Of a DNA stretch of 64,000 nt, positions 58,835 through 64,000 are shown in pieces (within the stretch, counting starts at the first letter, position 1; every line of letters starts with the position of its first letter). Source of the DNA: Alphaproteobacteria bacterium (lineage in GTDB: Bacteria > Pseudomonadota > Alphaproteobacteria > Micavibrionales > SZUA-601); assembly GCA_965216395.1 (NCBI GenBank), contig OZ244156.1, forward strand, positions 1,454,674 through 1,518,673, in the 5' to 3' direction. The notes beneath the pieces were generated by a model. That model ran no database searches. It was not told where the DNA came from and worked only from the letters and a program-made list of their open reading frames with translations. The translations under genes and the position numbers were made by a program.

Positions 58835-59494
58835 TTAAGCTTTTGGGCCGTTGTTTTTATTAGAGATACCAAGGAGCTGTTTTGTTTTATCGGCACAAAT
58901 TTCTGGAAAATTCTCATGAAAGTTATTGTATCTTTGGTTATCTCTAAGAAGGACTATCATAAATGGTAAAATAAGTGCACCAAAGAGCCCCATAGTTTTT
59001 TCGTATCCTTTATTTGGTTCGCTATTAGGGTCATATTCTTTTTCTTTGATTTCCACTATTTCTTCTTCATGATATTTTATCATATTTTTGTGATGTTCAA
59101 TTGTATTTTCGTATAGGTCTTTTTTTGTGACAGGCTTTAAACCTCGGTCAGGGTCCTTAAGTGTGACTTTTTCACCATTATAGTAAAAATCAATATGTTT
59201 ATTCTTTTTATCCGCATGCACGATTTCTAAAGTATCAGTCGGATTGACATAGCGTTTATTATTAAGTCTATCTTCAAGATATCCTATATTCCACTCAGAT
59301 TCTGCAATTTCCCAGCGTATATCTTTGATTTCATTTTTTTTACCCGTTTCAAAATCCGCTGTTACATAGGCTCTGGAGCCATATTTACCAAGCGCAAAGC
59401 CAGTAATTGCAATAAGGCTAAAATATGTTACGCGATAAAAATTTCCCAAGGCTGTACGTTTTTTCTGTTCTTCTTCTTTCGGCTTTTCTTCCAT
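58835..59494 (-). CDS. Hypothetical two-TM/coiled-coil protein ending NNGPKA, antisense between mreD and mrdA
   Basis: AT-rich ORF; start placed at ATG 59494 because ATG 59533 lies within the -10 element. Confidence 0.65.
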   Translation of the reverse strand: MEEKPKEEEQKKRTALGNFYRVTYFSLIAITGFALGKYGSRAYVTADFETGKKNEIKDIRWEIAESEWNIGYLEDRLNNKRYVNPTDTLEIVHADKKNKHIDFYYNGEKVTLKDPDRGLKPVTKKDLYENTIEHHKNMIKYHEEEIVEIKEKEYDPNSEPNKGYEKTMGLFGALILPFMIVLLRDNQRYNNFHENFPEICADKTKQLLGISNKNNGPKA

Positions 59495-59528
59495 GATGTC
59501 TGACCTTATTGTTTTATAATAAAAATAA

Positions 59529-59559
59529 AACATACCACCAATAAATAGTTATGTCAATA
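59529..59559 (-). promoter_or_regulatory. Extended promoter, TATTGACATA (59559-59550) + TATGTT (59534-59529)
   Basis: Exact 10-mer, 17-bp spacer. Confidence 0.65.
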
Positions 59560-59605
59560 AATTTAATGGGTTTAAAATTTTTGTGTTTCGCGATACAACC
59601 GATAT

Positions 59606-61423
59606 ATGGATGAACAACAAAAAACCTTTAAAACATTTTCACGACGGATGCTTATTGTGATGGGGATTAAATGCGTCCTTTTTTCTGGGTTGGTGGCGCG
59701 GTTGTTCTATTTACAAGTTTTCAGACGTGATCAATATACAATTCTGGCCGAAGATAATCGGATCAATATCAAATTAATTGCCCCCGAACGCGGCCAAATC
59801 TTTGATCGTTTTAACGTGCCTTTGGCCAGTAATAAACAAAATTTTCAGCTTCTCATCATTCCCGAACAAATTAAGGATGGGGAACAAACTCTCAAGAGTT
59901 TGGCGCGGATTATTGCGCTGTCTAAGGAGGATCGCGATAAAATTATGAAACGCATGCGTCGGCGATCAAAATTTTTGCCCATAACCGTGGCGACAACCCT
60001 TTCATGGGAACAGGTCACAGAGATTGAGGTTAATCTGCCCCATTTACCGGGTGTGATCGTGGAAGAAGGCAAGCGCCGCTATTACCCGCTCAATGAGGCG
60101 ACCGCGCATATGATTGGTTATGTGGGTAAGGTCAGTGATAAAGAACTGACTGGAGAGCCCATTTTAACCTTACCTGGTTTTCAAATCGGTAAAACGGGAA
60201 TTGAAAAATATTACGAAAAAATCCTGCAAGGTTTTGTTGGCCGTACCAGTGAAGAGGTCAATGCCGCGGGGCGGCGCGTGCGGGAGTTGTCACGTCAGAA
60301 AAGTGAATTGGGTAAGGATATTCAATTGACCATTGATGCGGAGTTACAAATTTTTACTCAGAACCGATTACAAAAAGAACGCAGCGCCAGCGCCATTATT
60401 ATGGATGTGCATAATGGTGAAGTTTATGCGATGACATCATCACCCGCCTTTGATCCCAATATTTTTACGCAATCTTTACCCCAAGATTTATGGGATGATC
60501 TGATTAACGATCCGGCCAAACCCCTGACCAATAAAGTGATCAGTGGTCAATATCCGCCAGGCAGTACGTTTAAAATGATTACGATATTAGCGGCCTTAGA
60601 AGCGGGTGTTACGCCGAATTTTAAAACCTTTTGCCCTGGTCACTTGGATTTAGGCAATCATCGTTTTCATTGTTGGAAACCCAGTGGCCATGGTTGGTGT
60701 GGGTATACAAAATCATTGGAACAATCCTGTGATGTGTTTTTTTATGAAATTGCACAAGAAGTGGGGATTGAAAAAATTGCTGAAATGGCGCGACGTTTGG
60801 GTTTAGGCCGTGAATTGGGGATGGATATCCCTGGTGAAAAACCGGGTCTTATCCCTGATAAACAGTGGAAACGTCGCCGATATAATAAAGATTGGCAAGT
60901 TGGTGAAACGGTGATTGCCAGTATTGGTCAAGGTTATATCCAAACCACGCCCGTACAATTGGTCACGATGATGGCGCGTTTGGTTAATGGCGGATATGAT
61001 GTGGCGCCTTATTTGGTTCGATCGATTGATTCCGTGATGAAAAAACAACCCAAATTTAAAAGTTTAAATTTTAATCCATCCCATATTGATCTGATTAAAA
61101 AAGGTATGGTTGATGCGGTCAATAAACCCAAAGGCACCGCATTTCAAGCACGTATCAAAGAAAAAGGTTTTAAAATGGCGGGTAAAACAGGCACCGCACA
61201 GGTAAGACGGATTTCTATGGAAGAAAGACGTCGTGGTGTTAAAATGGAAGATTTACCATGGAAATTTCAACATCATGCCTTATTTGTCGGCTATGCACCT
61301 TATGATCATCCACGCTTTGCCACGGCTGTAGTTGTTGAACATGGTGGCAGTGGTTCTTCTGCGGCGGCGCCGATTGCGCGTGATCTTTTGATTAAGACGC
61401 AAGAACGTTTATTGAATATATAA
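59606..61423 (+). CDS. mrdA: Penicillin-binding protein 2
   Basis: PERGQIFDR, PPGSTFK (SxxK), SCD (SxN-like position), KTGTAQ, VEHGGSGS. Confidence 0.97.
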   Translation: MDEQQKTFKTFSRRMLIVMGIKCVLFSGLVARLFYLQVFRRDQYTILAEDNRINIKLIAPERGQIFDRFNVPLASNKQNFQLLIIPEQIKDGEQTLKSLARIIALSKEDRDKIMKRMRRRSKFLPITVATTLSWEQVTEIEVNLPHLPGVIVEEGKRRYYPLNEATAHMIGYVGKVSDKELTGEPILTLPGFQIGKTGIEKYYEKILQGFVGRTSEEVNAAGRRVRELSRQKSELGKDIQLTIDAELQIFTQNRLQKERSASAIIMDVHNGEVYAMTSSPAFDPNIFTQSLPQDLWDDLINDPAKPLTNKVISGQYPPGSTFKMITILAALEAGVTPNFKTFCPGHLDLGNHRFHCWKPSGHGWCGYTKSLEQSCDVFFYEIAQEVGIEKIAEMARRLGLGRELGMDIPGEKPGLIPDKQWKRRRYNKDWQVGETVIASIGQGYIQTTPVQLVTMMARLVNGGYDVAPYLVRSIDSVMKKQPKFKSLNFNPSHIDLIKKGMVDAVNKPKGTAFQARIKEKGFKMAGKTGTAQVRRISMEERRRGVKMEDLPWKFQHHALFVGYAPYDHPRFATAVVVEHGGSGSSAAAPIARDLLIKTQERLLNI

Positions 61424-61436
61424 ATTAAACATCATA

Positions 61437-62189
61437 TCAGTAGCGATAAACAACCCGCGCCACGGTTAAAACATCAACCGATTTCGCCCCACTGTCCAGC
61501 AACGCTTTGGCGCATTCATTGACCGTTGATCCGGTGGTATAGACATCATCAATTAAAACAATATTTTTACCACGAATATGATGAAGATTTTTGTCCCGTA
61601 TATAAAAAGCTTGGCGGACATTTTTGCGTCGCGCTTTTTTATCCCCTGATTGGGAGGGGGTATGACGCGCACGCTTAAGCAGACCGTCTTTGGTGGGTAA
61701 GTTGCTTTTTTTGGAAAGATGGCGTGCAATCACAGCGGCTTGATTAAATTTCCGCTTTAATCGTCGAAAGGGGTGGAGTGGCACGGGAATCAGCATGTCC
61801 CCTTTTTGTAAGATTTCACCGCCGATCGTGTTGAGCCAAGTGGCGAGTAAGGGCGCAATTTCTATACGATCGCCATATTTTAACCCTAAAATAAGTGCCT
61901 TTGATTCATCATTATAAACCACGGCGGAGCGACAAGTTTGATAGAGCGGGTGATCATAAACACAGCCCGTGCATAAAAGCTTCCCTTCCGTCTTATGGGG
62001 AAAAGGCAGGCCGCAACATTCACAAAAAGGTTCTTCGATAAAATGAATCTGGGCCCAATATCGGGGCGCAATCATTCCTTGTTGATCCACAATATCCCCC
62101 GAAATTAAGCAATGCGGCGGAAGCAGGAAATTCAAAACCCCCTGACTTATATGTTTAAAACGGGTAATCCATGATATACGACGAAACAT
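61437..62189 (-). CDS. comF: ComF family protein (zinc ribbon + phosphoribosyltransferase)
   Basis: CxxC pairs, PVPLH, KFNQA, VLIDDVYTTGST. Confidence 0.92.
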   Translation of the reverse strand: MFRRISWITRFKHISQGVLNFLLPPHCLISGDIVDQQGMIAPRYWAQIHFIEEPFCECCGLPFPHKTEGKLLCTGCVYDHPLYQTCRSAVVYNDESKALILGLKYGDRIEIAPLLATWLNTIGGEILQKGDMLIPVPLHPFRRLKRKFNQAAVIARHLSKKSNLPTKDGLLKRARHTPSQSGDKKARRKNVRQAFYIRDKNLHHIRGKNIVLIDDVYTTGSTVNECAKALLDSGAKSVDVLTVARVVYRY

Positions 62190-62275
62190 GGGTCATATAA
62201 TATTATTTTATACTGGCGATGAACAGGTTAAATACGTTATAAAAAATGCATAATATGTGCATAAAGGGAGGAATA

Positions 62276-62722
62276 ATGCCTCATAAAATTGAAACCTTGA
62301 TCAAAGATCTGATTAAAACGGATTCCTATCGTAAACAATCCGATTTGGTCAAAGCCTTAAAAGAAAAAGGGATTGAGACCAAACAATCCACTGTGTCACG
62401 TGCGCTTAATCGTTTAGGCGCGGTCAAACGTGTTGGCGCCGATGGACAGGTTGCCTATCGCATATTTAACCCCATAGTCAGCGGGACGGGTCATTATAAT
62501 AGCGGATTGGTGCATTATATCACCGCCAATGAAGTCTCGATTATTATACAAACGCGTACGGGGTCGGCCAGTCATGTTGCCCAATATATTGATGAACAAA
62601 ATATGGATGAAATTATCGGGACTTTGGCGGGCGATAATTGTATCTTAATCCTTCCCAAAACCGTTCATGACATCAAAGATTTAGAAAAGAAGTTGCGGTC
62701 ATTTTTGCATGTTCAATCGTAA
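62276..62722 (+). CDS. argR: Arginine repressor family regulator
   Basis: KQSDLVKALKEKGIETKQSTVSRAL winged helix; IQTRTGSA and IIGTLAGDNCILI C-terminal domain. Confidence 0.85.
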   Translation: MPHKIETLIKDLIKTDSYRKQSDLVKALKEKGIETKQSTVSRALNRLGAVKRVGADGQVAYRIFNPIVSGTGHYNSGLVHYITANEVSIIIQTRTGSASHVAQYIDEQNMDEIIGTLAGDNCILILPKTVHDIKDLEKKLRSFLHVQS

Positions 62723-62745
62723 AACCGAATGAGGATAAATAATCC

Positions 62746-64000
62746 ATGAGTGATCACGAAAAACCCCAAGATGAAAGCAATAGCCGTGTCAAACGGTTTG
62801 GGCGTTATGCCCGTGTGGGAACATCCATGGGGGGATTGGCGGCTAAATTAGCCGGTGAAAAATTTTTAGGTTTAAAAATCAACCGCGATGATCACGCCCA
62901 TGCTTTGCGCGGCGCCTTGGGGAATTTGCGTGGTCCCTTATTAAAAGTGGCGCAGTTATTGGCCACAATCCCCGAAGCTTTGCCTAAAGAATATGTTGAA
63001 GAATTACGTCATTTACAATCCAATGCACCGCCGATGGGCTGGCCCTTTGTGAAACGGCGCATGAAAACGGAATTGGGCCCCAATTGGCAAGATAAATTTG
63101 CCCGTTTTGATCGCGGTGCAACCGCGGCCGCATCTTTGGGACAGGTGCATCAAGCCACATCCCATACGGGGCAAGTTTTGGCGTGCAAACTGCAATATCC
63201 GGATATGGCGTCCACGGTGGAGGCGGATTTAAATCAATTACGCGTGGTGCTTAACCTGTTTGAAAAATATGATAAAGCGGTTTCGACCAAATATATCATC
63301 CAAGAGATTGAGGCACGTTTGCGCGAAGAATTGGATTATAAATTGGAGGCGCGTTATACGGCCGCTTATGCAGATATGTTGGCTGATGAAGACGCTGTGA
63401 CTGTACCGGCGGTAATCACAGATTTATCAACCGATCGGTTAATCACAACAACATGGGTGGCCGGCAAACCCGTTCTTGATTTTAAGCAAGCGCCGATTGA
63501 ACAACGCAACAAAATCGCCATGGCTTTATTCCGTGCATGGTATGTGCCGCTTTATCATTATGGGTTTATTCATGGCGACCCGCATTTAGGTAATTATACA
63601 ATCCGTGACGATTGTGGAATTAACCTGCTGGATTTTGGCTGTGTTCGAATTTTCCCGCCTCACTTTATCAAGGCGGTTTTGGATCTTTATCGCGCCTTAC
63701 AAAACGATGATCGTGATTTGGCGATGCATGCGTTTGAAACCTGGGGTTTTGAAAACCTTACGAAAGAGGTTGCGGATATCTTATTAATTTGGGCTGGGTT
63801 TCTTTATGACCCGATACTGGATAATAAAAAACGGGTGATTGGCCAAACCAACGGCCAAGTTTACGGCCGTGATACGGCCGAAACCGTCCATAAAAAATTG
63901 CGCAACGCGGGCGGTGTGACTGTGCCACGCGAATTTGTTTTTATGGATCGCGCGGCTTTGGGCTTAGGTTCGGTCTTTATTCATCTACAAGCGGAAATTA
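62746..64000 (+). CDS. ABC1/UbiB family atypical kinase, truncated by window end
   Basis: Manual translation: LRGPLLKVAQ, AAASLGQVH, CKLQYP, EELDY, HGDPHLGN, LDFGC. Confidence 0.92.
   Translation, partial: MSDHEKPQDESNSRVKRFGRYARVGTSMGGLAAKLAGEKFLGLKINRDDHAHALRGALGNLRGPLLKVAQLLATIPEALPKEYVEELRHLQSNAPPMGWPFVKRRMKTELGPNWQDKFARFDRGATAAASLGQVHQATSHTGQVLACKLQYPDMASTVEADLNQLRVVLNLFEKYDKAVSTKYIIQEIEARLREELDYKLEARYTAAYADMLADEDAVTVPAVITDLSTDRLITTTWVAGKPVLDFKQAPIEQRNKIAMALFRAWYVPLYHYGFIHGDPHLGNYTIRDDCGINLLDFGCVRIFPPHFIKAVLDLYRALQNDDRDLAMHAFETWGFENLTKEVADILLIWAGFLYDPILDNKKRVIGQTNGQVYGRDTAETVHKKLRNAGGVTVPREFVFMDRAALGLGSVFIHLQAEI

Overview
A 64-kb piece of an AT-rich alphaproteobacterial chromosome. The porin, DUF3576-type lipoprotein, Tim44-mltA-Smr-secB-dnaQ block and hemE-proximal origin support this. 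A Micavibrio-like lineage is an inference only. The window spans the probable replication origin (DnaA boxes at about 31.6-31.95 kb, upstream of hemE) and the partition locus (three perfect parS palindromes inside mnmE, mnmG and rsmG, then parA and parB). Core genes: queG, iscS-type desulfurase, mltA, secB, dnaQ, hemE, hemH, hemJ, rho, mnmE, mnmG, rsmG, parAB, holA, lptE, leuS, mreBCD, mrdA, comF, argR and a partial UbiB/ABC1 kinase. I saw no tRNA, rRNA, CRISPR array, integrase or transposase. The unusual layer is about 25 AT-rich orphan ORFs wedged singly or in small groups between normally contiguous core genes. Many share an extended promoter element, TATTGACATA-N15-TATNTT (9 exact 10-mers seen), and several appear leaderless. 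Two dispersed orphans look paralogous, and three end in N-x-P-K-[PA]. By eye, several resemble degenerate housekeeping folds: two RNase II/R (RNB)-like proteins lacking the catalytic aspartates, three tandem proteins built from HicB-like domains with no HicA, a frameshift-split class II nucleotidyltransferase, and a MetH reactivation-domain-like protein. Two leaders have short uORFs and mutually exclusive helices: one upstream of a DUF62/SAM-hydrolase gene and one upstream of a DUR3-like sodium:solute symporter. All family calls come from motif recognition, not database searches.
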